A stretch of DNA of 64,000 nucleotides from Camelus dromedarius (Eukaryota). Positions 52,400-64,000 of this stretch are shown here, in pieces (the first letter of the stretch is position 1; each line of letters starts with the position of its first letter). The stretch covers positions 78,370,001-78,434,000 of the forward strand of contig NC_087437.1 in NCBI RefSeq assembly GCF_036321535.1, read 5' to 3'. A program made the position numbers and the translations under genes. Under the pieces are notes generated by a model. The model was given only the letters and a program-made list of their open reading frames with translations. It was not told where the DNA came from and searched no databases.

Positions 52400-52785
52400 G
52401 TGTGTCATAGTGATATGATCCAGGATCAAGGAAGTGGTTTTTAATATCTCTGCACGTGGTTGCAAGATGACTTTGACTACTCAAGGCAGTTTATTCAGAA
52501 CTTATAATATACAGTTACAAAGAAAACTATTTTATTTTTGATGAGGATGGGGTGAGGGTCTTTCTACTAGGGAGAAAACCTTTTCCTAGAAGCCTCTAGC
52601 AGACTTAGTTTTGGTTCCACTGGCTGTGATTTAGTCACATGAACATTCCCACATAAAACACAAGGGGAAAACAGAATTACTGAAACTGGCTTAGGGGCTG
52701 GGAGAGAATCATCTGTATACAATTGGCCTCGGTCAGCAAGAAGTTAGGGATAGAGGTGGGTCAGGCATCCATCGGTGTCTACCAG
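52400..52785 (-). mobile_element. Old MaLR LTR fragment (MLT1J-like)
   Basis: CCTTTTCCTAGAAGCCTCTAGCAGACTT...AGTCACATG...ACTGGCTTAG. Confidence 0.6.
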
Positions 52786-54167
52786 TGGGCCTGAAAGCAC
52801 TTAGAGAGATCAGTGTTTGGACCTCTGCTCTCATATTTCCTATCTATATAACGAGCCACAGTAAATTTATGTGCCAAATGGTGACAGCGTCAACATCCTT
52901 AGCCTGTCTGTGTGAAGTGGAAATGTGATAATGTGTTATGTTCCTAGCAGATGGCCTCAACTTCCCAACTTCCCCTTTGGATGAATGGCGTGAGCATGAA
53001 GGCACTATCCAATTTTTTCACCTAGTCCTCAAATTATCCCTGTGACTTTAGGAGCTGCCTTCAGTTGAGTTTCTATGAGTGATGTACAGATTCAGTCACA
53101 CGGGATGGTGAGTTATTAAGAGGTTGGACTGCCTCTGTACTCTTGCATACACAGGACCACGCTTGCATTCATTTCACAGACTGCTCTCTGAGAGATTGCA
53201 AGTCATATGCCTTCTACACCGCATATAAAGTAAAACTTCTCTGGAGTCATCTAACCTTCAAACTATGAGCCTACCTCAGCCAAAGGATTTTCTTTTAGTA
53301 ATGAAAAGGTAGGCAAGTGAGTCATATGCATAGATATATACACATATATATATATACACACATATATATTTCTTATAAAATGAATGGTCTAAATATTTAC
53401 AGCTTCTAATTCTTTTTGTAAATAAATCATAAACCATGATTTTATTCAAGAATGAATTTCAGACCATCCAGGATACTATCCTGGTTTCTTCTTTGTCAAG
53501 ATATATTTTATTTATTTTTATATTTACATTGTATTCACTGAGGGAAGAAAGGGAATCTTACTAACAAATGAATTTAAGATTATGAGGATTTTTTCTTTGA
53601 CTCTGACATAATTTTGTGGATCAATTTTCATGAATGGTTTGTGTTACAATTAAAGTCTGACCAAAATCATCATTAGCAGAAAGTACGTTGTAACCAAAAC
53701 AATGATTTTATATATGGCTGATATCTGATGATATTAAGATCATTCCAAACATTTTGTCTAAGAATCCAGAAACTTTCACAGATGCACAAATATTTTCAGC
53801 AGGAGTGTAATGCAAACTATGTTTCTAAATCTGGTATCTATCTGATGTTTACATATAATTTTAGAAAGTGACTTAGATAGAAATGCCATGTAATTGGACC
53901 TTGGTGTTTGGTGTACACAATGTTTCCTCTAGATCTAGACTACTCAAAGTCTAAGGGGTGGAATACAATGTTTTCATGATATGTCATATAATAATTTCTG
54001 TACACAGAAATATAACTTTATATTTATATAATATCCTTTAGATGCACACACACACACAAACAGAGTGCTTTTATCTGGTTTGGCTAAATGTTTTTTGATT
54101 AATGGACCAATCATTAAAGCCATGATAGGTCTATTAAATTAAATCTGCCTATATGCATTTATTAAGA

Positions 54168-54400
54168 GAGACTATAGCATGCTAATTAAGAGTAAAGATT
54201 TTGAACTTTGAAGATAAATTCACATCTGCTTATTAGTTGTGCAGTCTCCTTAACTTCAGTTCATTTATCTGTAAAGTTGGATATAGAAGCCACCACATAG
54301 AGCTGTAAAGGTTGAATGTACATAGAAAGCACCTAGAATGATACCTAGCATAGAGTAGGTGCTCAATAAAAATAAGTAGGTACCACTCTTGTTAATATTA
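54168..54400 (+). mobile_element. MIR SINE
   Basis: CTTCAGTTCATTTATCTGTAAA...AAAGCACCTAGAATGATACCTAGCATAGAGTAGGTGCTCAATAAA. Confidence 0.8.
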
Positions 54401-54419
54401 TCATTATCATTATTCTTAT

Positions 54420-54658
54420 AACTCCAATGATGGAGAAGCAAAGAATGAAACAAGCACCAATGGGAATTCAAGGAGCTAGAGATAATAAAATGTTTGTTTA
54501 AAATCCATAAAAGCATAAAAATAAATCAAAACCATTAAAATATAAAAAAGATAGGCAAAGAAAAAAGTAAAAAAAATCATTTCATTAAATATAGATATAT
54601 ATAAATATATAATGAAGTACTGATATCATATATATAAAACCAGTACATTATTATACAA

Positions 54659-54694
<36 letters not shown>

Positions 54695-54930
54695 TGAAAA
54701 CACAAAGATGGGTCGAAAGGCAAAATAGATACAGCTGTGGAGAGAATTACCCCGAACACAGCACAGAGGGACAATGATAAGTAAAGAGGTGAGGTTGAGA
54801 GGCATGAGGAATAAAAGAGGATGGTCTAACAGATCTCCAGTAAGCTTTCCACAATAAGGGAACAGAGAGAGTGGAAGTAATGTAGTGAAGAGAAATAATT
54901 AGAAATAAAGACTGGGGAGGTGAATAAATG
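54420..54930 (+). mobile_element. Old L1/HAL1 ORF1-like fragment containing (TA)14 at 54664-54692
   Basis: ATAGATACAGCTG..GAGAGAATTACCCCGAACACAGCACAGAGGGACAA...GTCTAACA; A-rich. Confidence 0.55.
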
Positions 54931-55005
54931 AAAGACTGAAATAATAAAATAGAGTGAATTTTCATATTCAATAACTGTACCAAGTAGTATATAAATAAAA
55001 GTTAA

Positions 55006-55212
55006 TTTGGGGTTAAATAGATACACATTATTATATATGAAATAGATAAACAACAAGGATCTACTGTATAGCACAGGGAACTACATTCAATTTTTTGTAA
55101 TAACATATAATGGAAAAGAATCTGAGAAAAAAAAAGTACATAAATGTATAACTGAATCACTTTGCTGTACACCGGAAACAAACATTGTATATCAACTACA
55201 TTTAAATAAAAA
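55006..55212 (+). mobile_element. Young L1 3' end (cetartiodactyl type)
   Basis: AGATAAACAACAAGGATCTACTGTATAGCACAGGGAAC...GTATAACTGAATCACTTTGCTGTACACC; near-TSD AAATAAAAGTTAA/AAATAAAGTTAA. Confidence 0.9.
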
Positions 55213-57226
55213 ATAAAGTTAAAAAATACAAATTGATAATTTTATAGTGTCATGAAATATTATTTAATATAATGTTCACTTTCTGACATAATGGCTGATA
55301 GACTAAATATAAGATAATCTCACTATATACTAAAAAATAGTTAATACAAATGGAATAGTTTATAGGACATAAATAACATAGTAAGTATCAATATAAACAC
55401 ATTTTAAAAACATACTGTTGAATTTTTTCAAAGTATCAAAAGGGTTCATCCAGTGTTGACTCCATTCACATAAATTTAAAACTGTGCAAAATAATTGTTT
55501 ATAAATAGAAACAAAAAATAAAAGAGAAACCTCACTTCATTTTTATTCGTACAGTTTAGGGAAATATGAGGCAAAGTTTAAAACCATATTTGGAAATGAT
55601 ATGCACTGGATTCAGTAGGGCTTAAAGGGATATGAGATTTAAGCTATATCTCAAATATTGTATGCCTTTGAAAAATAATAAAAAAGGGAACTGAAGCCAA
55701 TACAGCAAAACATTAACATCAGTTTATTGGTAGTGGTTGGTGCATAAAGATATCCTACTGTCTTTTCTGTGCATTTAAAATATTTCAAAAAAAGATTTTT
55801 AATCACTGAGCCCTAATGAGATTTAGATTTTAGAAAAGACAATTCTTAAGAAAAAAATCTTATTTGGAATTCTTCATTAAGTAGATGGTTGTTAACACAG
55901 ACCTTTGGGAACAGAAAAAAAAAATTTTCCCCCCAAAATCCAAATAAGCTGAACTACAAGGAATGTACCTTATCGCTCAGAAAATTAGGGAGCTGTATCA
56001 GTCTTGCCAGGAACTGAAACTATGGTTCCAGAAAGTCTAAGAATTTCAGTGCTGATACATATTCTATCAAGGGTCATTTCAAGAGACATTTATAAACCAG
56101 ATGCTCCAAATTCAACCGTTAGCAGCACAGTTACAAAAATGATTTAATGTAGAGGATCTATAAATAGTTTTTCCTAAAAATTAAAAATGTTTTCACTGAG
56201 AATATAAATGTTAAAGCTGAAACAATGAAAACCAATTCACACAAACTGAGTAAACCCAAATCACAAATGTTCTTTCTCTATGCTTGAAGGCAGGCATGTG
56301 TTTCTTTAAGAAAAGGAAAGATTATTCGAGCTACTGTAGTGTATGCAACGATTTCACTATATTTTCTGTTTGCAATGTAGTTAAGGTTCAATGATAAAAG
56401 CAATTTTATAGGGGTAAGGGTTGTGTAGAATATGAGATCTTACCAGTGAATCAGGTCCCCTATGTTTTCAGTCCTCTGTGCCACTCTTATGCTGACACAG
56501 CAGAAGCTTCCTAAAAGCAGGAGGAGTGAACACTGCACTTGCAACGGTGTCATCTTTCAGTCATGATGTTAGGCTATAGTCCCTTCTGCTTGATTCTGGT
56601 GACTGATGGAAGGAGCTAATCAAATTTTAAAAATCATTACAGTGAATGACGTCCTTCAGCATTACACTGAAGACAGTCTGTTTCTTAGTGACATGATAAG
56701 GCTAGAAAACGGGAATTAGCTCTCTGTCTTTACAGTGGTTTCTTTCCTTTAATTTCTGTTTTAAAATTATGCACACACATATATACGCATTTTAGAAAAA
56801 CTGTGATATGCTTATGAATATCTCTGTCTATACCTGAATCTATTTCCAAAAGCTACAATCTCACTACTCAGAAATAACCATTATTAACATGTTACTCATA
56901 TACATATTCATACATATTATTCCTAAAACATAAAAGCTCATATTCTCCAAACAGTTTTGTGCTTTGTTTTTATTTTTGGTCTAACAACACAGGGCAAATG
57001 TCTTTCCAAGCAAATGCAGATGTATCCATTTCTGATAGGTTAATTACTACCAGTTAAAGTTATTTCCATTGTATTTTAAGGTCTGGGGGCTCTGAGCATT
57101 CTTGTACAAATACTCCTGAAAGGGAAACAAATGTGGAATTGCAGATCCTACAAAAGGAGCCTATAAAGAAACAAAGCCTGGTACTCCGAATTAGAACTTC
57201 TTTCCCTGGCTTTGAAGAGCTGATCT

Positions 57227-57918
57227 TGAAACTGAGCAGGACACTGTGGAGGCCTTCCCTGGGCAGAACCCTCCCCCCACCAACTACTCCCTGCCCCATG
57301 GCCTTCTCTTCTTTGTTTAAAAACAAACAAACAGACAGACAAACAGCCTCCTAGGCCTTTCCAGAGTTCCAAAGAGCAAATTTAATCAGAGACGTAAGAA
57401 AATGCAGAAATAAGGGGAAATAGTCAAGCAAGACAAAATAATAGTAGTTAAGTCATCAAACAAAGTCAAGGACCTTTAGTTCTTCCTCAAGGGCTAGAGA
57501 CAGTATCCTGAGCCATATCCTTGTGTTGTTTTGCAGATGCCAAACCACACCCCACCCCAGGCAGATGAAGCTAACTGCATGATGACCATAAACACGCAGC
57601 CCAGAGGTCAGCTGGAGCCTGAGGACTGATAATGCTCACTCCTGTGACTCATGTGATTACCTCACTACCAGTCAGAGAATTGTGCATGAGCTGATCACAT
57701 ACCCTGCGACCCTCTGCCTCCCTCACTTTGTTTTTAAAAACCCTTCCCTGAAAGTCATCAGAGTTCAGATCTTTTAAATAGAAGCCGCCCATTCTCCTTG
57801 CTTGGCCCCACATTTTGTTTCTTACCAAAAAAGCTGTATTCTCCTTCACAACAACCTGGTGTCAGTAGATTGGCTTTACTGTGCGTGGGTGAGCAGACTC
57901 CAGTTTGGTTCGGTAACA
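57227..57918 (+). mobile_element. ERV1 solo LTR, MER41-like (cetartiodactyl)
   Basis: TG...CA termini (TGAAACTGAGCAGGAC ... GGTTCGGTAACA); GCCTCCTAGGCC...GAGTTCCAAAGAGCAAATTTAATCAGAG...AAAGTCAAGGACCTTTAG; 4-bp TSD ATCT/ATCG. Confidence 0.8.
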
Positions 57919-59254
57919 ATCGGAAAGCCAAATGTCATTCATCTTTTTTAAAAAATGTTACTCCAAGCCCTTATTCCTGGACAAATTTCAAGCAAAAGGG
58001 TACCAGTTCTGAATGAGTAAGGCAACACTGTACTGCTGTATTCTCAGTAGCCTACGACTGCATGCCAATTTGAAGAATTGGGGTCTTTAAATAAAAAGAT
58101 GGTAATGATGATCATCGTCATTATGACATACTGATATGCAGTGTAAAACACTGAGCCTGGGTTAACAGACTGTGAATTTAGTGGATCTTAGTATTGAAAT
58201 GGATTTCACTCAAATATATAAACTTACTGCCTCCTTTTGAGAGTCTTATTTGAGGTTAATAAATAATAAAATCAAAAGATCACACTTTAAATGTAGTTGG
58301 CTATTTATGGATATGAACATTTGTGAAAAATACACTAATTTTTAAAGCTATTCTTAAAAAAGCTACTTTTCCAGCATGTTACTAGAATAGGGTCATGTGA
58401 ATAGTTGCAAAGCTGAGGAACTGCAGAATGGTATATTATAGGAATAAAAATTAGTGCTAAGCATTTTTCTACTAACTCTTGCCAATTTATAGATGATATC
58501 AATTCAGCCACCTATCTGTAATAGATATTTTATTTCCTGTATGTATCTTTTCATTGCAAAATAAAGACTCCCTGACATTATCAGATTGTTATAAAAGTTG
58601 GCATTTGCCAGTTGTCTTAAGCAAGATCTACTGAAGTGAGATGTAAATGTAGTTGAAGAGGGTTTCGTGTTTTAATGATTACTTTTTTAAAATAAATAGG
58701 TAAATTGGAGGCAGCTAATATTACAAGCTGCTTTTCCCCCTGTTACTGAAGCCATAGAAGAGTGATGTAAGGAACAGGGGCTGTTGGGAAAAGCTGAGAG
58801 AGAGAAAATATTCTTCACTTGAGTAGGAACCACTGCCCAGACCAACAGAGTGTTCTGCACAGTATTACACTTATGTACCATATTACCAATTACAACAGAT
58901 GGTATAATTGGAAGGACAAAATAATCATTAATTACAAAGCACTCTTCCCCAGGCTTTCAGAAGTAAAATATACACGGTAGGAAGTATGCTTATGCAGTTC
59001 CATCCAGTATTCATGAAGATCAGCTACTCTCAACCTAAACTGAATGACATGATGGAGTATTAACCCTGTAGTTATAAAGCAGACCTACTACAAATCCCTT
59101 TCTCACCAAAGGATTGAAATAATTCTTATAAAACTAGGTGATCAGAATCAATAAATTTGCAAATGGTTGCTACTGGCTTAATGTTTATAGCCTTAAAATG
59201 AGACCTGTGTAACATTATGGCATTTAAACAAAATGCTAAGGTTTCCTTTTTATG

Positions 59255-60975
59255 CCAGAAATGTTTCCTAAGACCTGCTATGTGCTAGGTACAAATCTAA
59301 AGTGTTGGGGACACAATAGTAAGCAAGAAAGACACAGACCCTATTCTCTTGGGGCTAGCAGTGAAGAGAGGGGTAAAATAATAAAAAGAACAAAGAAATA
59401 AATACAAATACAATTAATGCTACAAAAAAGGAAGAATGAAGTAAGAAAAAATGAAGGAAGGAATGCTACATAATATGTGGTTAAAGAATCTTTTCCTGGA
59501 TGGCAGGAATGATCTGAGTTAGATACAAATGGAAAGAAACTAGGCATATGGTTATCTGGGAACATATATTTCATGCAGATAACATGGGCTTGTACTATCC
59601 TTGAGGTGAGAGTGAGTGAGGCTAATCTGAGATTAAAAAAAAAAAAAAAAAGCAGCTGGTATGACCAGAGATGAGATTGGAGTGGTCAGGAGGACCAGGA
59701 CCTGTAAAGCCTATACACAACAGATGGGCTCAGATTTTATTTTCAGGGAAACAAGAAGCCATTTGAGATTGTTAAGTAGAAGAGAGTAATATAATCTGAT
59801 CCGTGTTTTGACCACATCACACTGGCTGTGAAGAGATGAAAAGGTGGCTCAGACGAGTGTGACAACGGTGCAAGCAGAGAAAGGAGCACAGATGATGGAT
59901 ACACTGAGAGGACTGGACCAATGTGAGTGAGAAGCAAAGAGCAACCAAAGATGACTCCCAGTGTCGTGTCTTGAGAAACCTGGGAGATGATGGTGCTGTT
60001 TTCTGAGACAGGGAAACCTAAGAGTAGAAGTAAATTAGAAAGATAGTACATCAAAACTGTTTTGGATATTTGGTTTGAAGATACCTATTATAGTTGCAGG
60101 AAAAAAAAATATGAAGTATAGAGTCTGGAGCTCGGGGTGAAGCCATGACTGAGGATGTGACTGTGGGTGTCATGGACATAAAACAAAAAATGCATGTAAA
60201 TACAGGGACTGGAACCAAAGAGATCGATATTGTTGGAACAGTGTGCACATATAACAGGAAACGAAATTCATGTGGGCCTTATAGTTCATGTTAAAAGCTT
60301 TACACTCACTCCAAATGAAATGTGGAGTGATTGAAAAGTCTTGAATGGAGGAATTATAGGTTTTGCATTTTTAAATAGTCCAGCTGTGTGGAGAAGTAGA
60401 GACAAGAGGATTGCTTGAGAGATTAGATGGAGGGCTTGAGACAAAATGCTGTCAGAATGGCTCCCAGGTTTTTTGACCTGGGCAACCGAAAGGATGCAAT
60501 GATCAACAGAAGGTGGAAGGATGTGGGAGAAAGAATGTATGAGTCAGTGTTCTCCTGAGAAACAGAACCAATAAAAGATAAATATATATAATGTGAAAGC
60601 TTGAGAACCAGAGGAGCTGAGGGTATAAATTTTGGTCAAGAGAAGAAGATAAGATATTGTGAGACAAATCAGCTCAACTAGTGAGGCAGTAAAAAGGGGC
60701 AAATTCCTCCTTTCTCCACCTTTTGTCCTATTTGGTCCCCAACAGGTTGGATGACGCCCTCTCCCACTGGAAAGGGCAATCTTCTGAGTCCACCAATTTA
60801 AATGCCAGTCTCATCCAGAAATACCATCACAGACCCACCCAGAAACAATGTTTAATCTGGATACTCCATGGCCTGGCTAGGTGACACAAAAAATTAACCA
60901 TCACCTGCAGGTTTGAGTAGAACATGAGGAGTTCAGTATTTTATGTGTTTAAGTATGTATTTAAATTACCAGGGG
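59255..60975 (-). mobile_element. L2 (probably two copies or segments), interrupted by MLT2
   Basis: CCTGCTATGTGCTAGG...TTGGGGACACAATAG; ATCACACTGGCTG; AAAGATGACTCC; the GGGCCTT...GATTG segment recurs near 60270. Confidence 0.8.
60536..60905 (-). mobile_element. ERVL solo LTR (MLT2B-like)
   Basis: TGTATGAGTCAGTGTTCTCCTGAGAAACAGAACCAATA...CTCATCCAGAAATACCATCACAGAC...TGACACAAAAAATTAACCATCAC. Confidence 0.88.
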
Positions 60976-63379
60976 GATGGTATTTTGCTTACAAAATTGG
61001 CAGAGAGAGAACTGTAGTCCCACTGGGTTACTGTCCTAGGACCATATTAGTTTACAAGGTTTAGCAGGGTAAAACAGCGTATTTCACTTACATACAACTT
61101 AAGCAATTGGGGCTCTTCCATGAGAGTAGTCAGCTGCCTGAATAGCTATTCTATTTAGTTTTTCATTTTGGAAATGTGTATAGGTATGCTCTGACAGATT
61201 TAGAGAATTTATCTCTAAATTTCCTAAAGTTTGATAGCCACAGTCTGTGAAATAAGATTTGTGTAAACCACCATTATGTCTATGGTGACTCTAGTGAGGA
61301 TAACCATTTATTCACTGTCAGTAGATATACCCAATCATGTTATCAATTTCTCTATGATGTCTGGTGAATGACCTTAATCTTGTAAAGGACTTCATCCTAT
61401 GTCCTAGACTGACCTCCCATTGCATATGTTTCTATATTCAAACTACATATATAGTTTGGATGCAGATGGTGATTTGCATGGGATGGAAGGAATTTTCAAA
61501 TATGAGTAGGTGCTCTCAAGGAATGACATTAAAATCACTACATTGATTTGTTTCCGAATCTCAGGTTGGGCTTCTCCCATTATTCTTGAAAGTAAACAAG
61601 TGTGATTTAGACTGTCACTCTTCTTTCCTCCACTCCACTGTACGATTCTTCACAAGCCTCCCTTGACTTCCTGTTTTATCAGACAAAGGTTCCATCCTAA
61701 TATATTAGCTCAGAATGAAGTAGCCATATGGGATACATTCTGCCTTGAGATAAATAATTCTGGTCAGCTTCTTAATTGATATTTTTCTTTCTATATTCTG
61801 TTTAAAGTTTGTCTACTAGATAAACAAACTACACGTAGGACATAGCAATCTACAGACTAGGTTAAGTTCAGTTCAGCCAAATAAAATGCTGAATAACCTA
61901 ATTAAAGCTTATATTCAACAAAGCTGCCAAGTGAGAAAAACTGGGCCCCAGAGCTTCTCATAAAATAGACATTCTGGTGGGATTTCTGGTTCTTTTTCCC
62001 TAGTGACTTTTGGATATTCTAAGGACAGCTTTCTGTTTCTCTTCTGCAAAGAACAAGTGCATAGTGGTTTGATAAAAATAAAAGAAGACTAATGATGATT
62101 ACTATTATGGCTCTCAATGGGTTTCATTCAGTATTTCAGCATATTTGGTTTATGCATTTTAGAATGGAGAACATTTAGTGGAAATAATCTGTGTGTTTCT
62201 ATTTATGTTTTCCATGTTTATTGCTGTGTATTAAACCTAAGGAGATCTTTAAAGCCACAAACATTTCTATGATTTACATTACATCTGAGAAAGAGAAATT
62301 AAATTATTTTCACAAAGTGAAAAGCCTTAAATTCTATACTTTTCCTATTTGCTCTATTTATTATGTCCATGTTTATCTTTACAAGTTGATTTGAACTATT
62401 TCCACCAAAAGTGTGTAAACACTCAATTTATATCTTAACTACTTAGAAAGGTACAAAGGTTAAATATAAGAGCTCTGCATTTTTAGTGCTTTTACTTTTG
62501 ATCAACAATGGCCTTATATAAACCATGTGTTTCCTATGATTTTCTGATGTTTCCTACTTTAATGCAGATAAACATTAGCCTCTTTATTAAGGGAAAGCAT
62601 GAACTTCTCAGGAATTACTGAAAAAGATATTTAAGCTTAAAAGAGAATAATAGATACCATAAAGAATTTAATATGATACATTTAGACAGGAAGGATGATT
62701 TTCTATTTTGTATATAAAGGATATATGAGGGTATAATCAAGCAGGAATATCAAGCAGGGAATAAAAAAATAAGGTATGTCTCATCTTTTAAAAATATGTA
62801 AAAATATATTGATAATGCCTGTGTGTGTATTTACTGACTAGGTAAAGCCTGAACATTATTGATGTAGAAAGTTGCATAATACCATGAAAAAAACCAGGAA
62901 CATAGTTATGTTTCTACTATCAGACTAAAGGTAATGCTTGTTTAAACATTTATTTTTTTACCTGCATCAATTTATAAACTTGTTTAGGTCCTTATCCTTA
63001 AAATATTGATATTATTTATTATTATCTAAACTTTACTTTCTATTCTTTGACAACTTTCCAAACACTGTTCCAAAGAATAGGTTATTTCATTGGGTGGATT
63101 TCCCCCATTTTTTTTCCTGCTTAACTCTTAACTAGTGACTCATTGCAGAAAGTTACTCAATTTTTTTTCTTTTTTCCCCAACATGATAAGAAGGAATAAA
63201 CTTTTCTGAGCTCTGGTAAGTTATCACAAGAAAAGGAGCCTATTCCTTCCATTCTCCTATAATTCTTGATATCAATTGCGGCTTTTCTTCTTAATTTTAA
63301 TTGTTAATTCATATTTATCAAAAAAGAAATACATAATAACAAGGAGCACAAAGCAGGCAATCTCTGCAGCTATCCCTTT

Positions 63380-63620
63380 AGTTTCATATCAATTTATAAT
63401 TATTACAAGGGAAATAGATAAACTACAGATATATAAACAAGCAGAAAACAAAGAGCTAATGATCACCTATCTAGAGAATGCCACTGTTGATATTTTAATG
63501 TTTGCCTACCAGTAGACCTTTTGGGTTTCTAATAATACACACACACACACTATACACAAAGAACATACATTTCTTATGTTACAAGCTAAAGAAGACAGCA
63601 ACTCTAGCTTTCATTATTTT
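63380..63620 (-). mobile_element. Degraded L1ME-like 3' fragment
   Basis: ATCACCTAT...GCCACTGTTGATATTTT resembles antisense L1ME 3'UTR. Confidence 0.4.
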
Positions 63621-64000
63621 TCCATGTCAGGGATTCATTTCTGTCTTGAGTTTTCCACTTATTCTTGGAAATAATTCGATTCTGGCCCATGTTACTCTAG
63701 GACCCTAAAAAATGTGAAAGAGTCTTTTGACCTAATTATGTAGGCACCCTATGCCACTATGTCTACCATACTCCTTGAACTAGATTGTGGAGTACTCTTT
63801 TTAGGGAAGGCTATTCTCGATACTGTTATTCCATAGACTTCCCCAAGGAAGCAAGATGCACATCCTATCTTTGCTTAGATATTCAAACATATCTACCTGT
63901 TGTACAGTCTCTCCAGCAGTGATTGATGTCTGTGGAGGGTTGGGGCTGTGGAACGGGGACAGAGGGCAAGGACTCTCAGTTTATTCTTTTTCCTCTCCCA

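Noticed and set aside
46913..54129. Exact 16-mer TTAAAGCCATGATAGG at 46913-46928 and 54114-54129
   Set aside because: Roughly one such match is expected by chance in 64 kb of AT-rich DNA, the flanks do not extend it, and no single element lies between the copies.
61014..61055. GTCCCACTGGGTTACTGTCCTAGGACCA resembling the RT motif VPQGSVLGP
   Set aside because: Needs a frameshift and has no flanking RT motifs; too short to call.
569..63708. ORF track as protein-coding genes
   Set aside because: All ORFs are 111 aa or shorter, many start at TTG/GTG, and most overlap repeats or low-complexity DNA. None matches a host protein I recognise or forms a splice-consistent chain.

Overview
AT-rich, CpG-poor, repeat-dense mammalian non-coding DNA (deep intron or intergenic). 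It is most likely from a camelid: two tRNA-Ala-derived SINEs resemble the camelid Vic-1 type, the young L1 3' ends and a MER41-like LTR look cetartiodactyl, and I saw no Alu, B1/B2, Bov-tA or BovB. I recognise no protein-coding gene, RNA gene, CRISPR array or prokaryotic system. Nearly all listed ORFs are short chance frames or transposon debris. The window is a layered record of transposable elements: ancient MIR, L2 and L1M/L1ME; MLT1/MLT2 solo LTRs; MER20 and MER58A; younger L1 3' ends, SINEs and a MER41-like LTR, several with readable target-site duplications (TSDs). The most interesting observations are two degraded protein fossils inferred from translation (RTE-clade reverse transcriptase at ~2.0-2.7 kb; pogo/Tc2-like transposase N-terminus at ~42.0-42.5 kb), a strong CTCF motif inside an old L1 5' region, a MER41-like LTR with GAS and AP-1 motifs, an in-place inversion inside an old L1, and a candidate first exon at ~34.6-34.7 kb. 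Repeat family names are from memory of consensus sequences, and boundaries without a TSD are approximate. I found no convincing new biological system.
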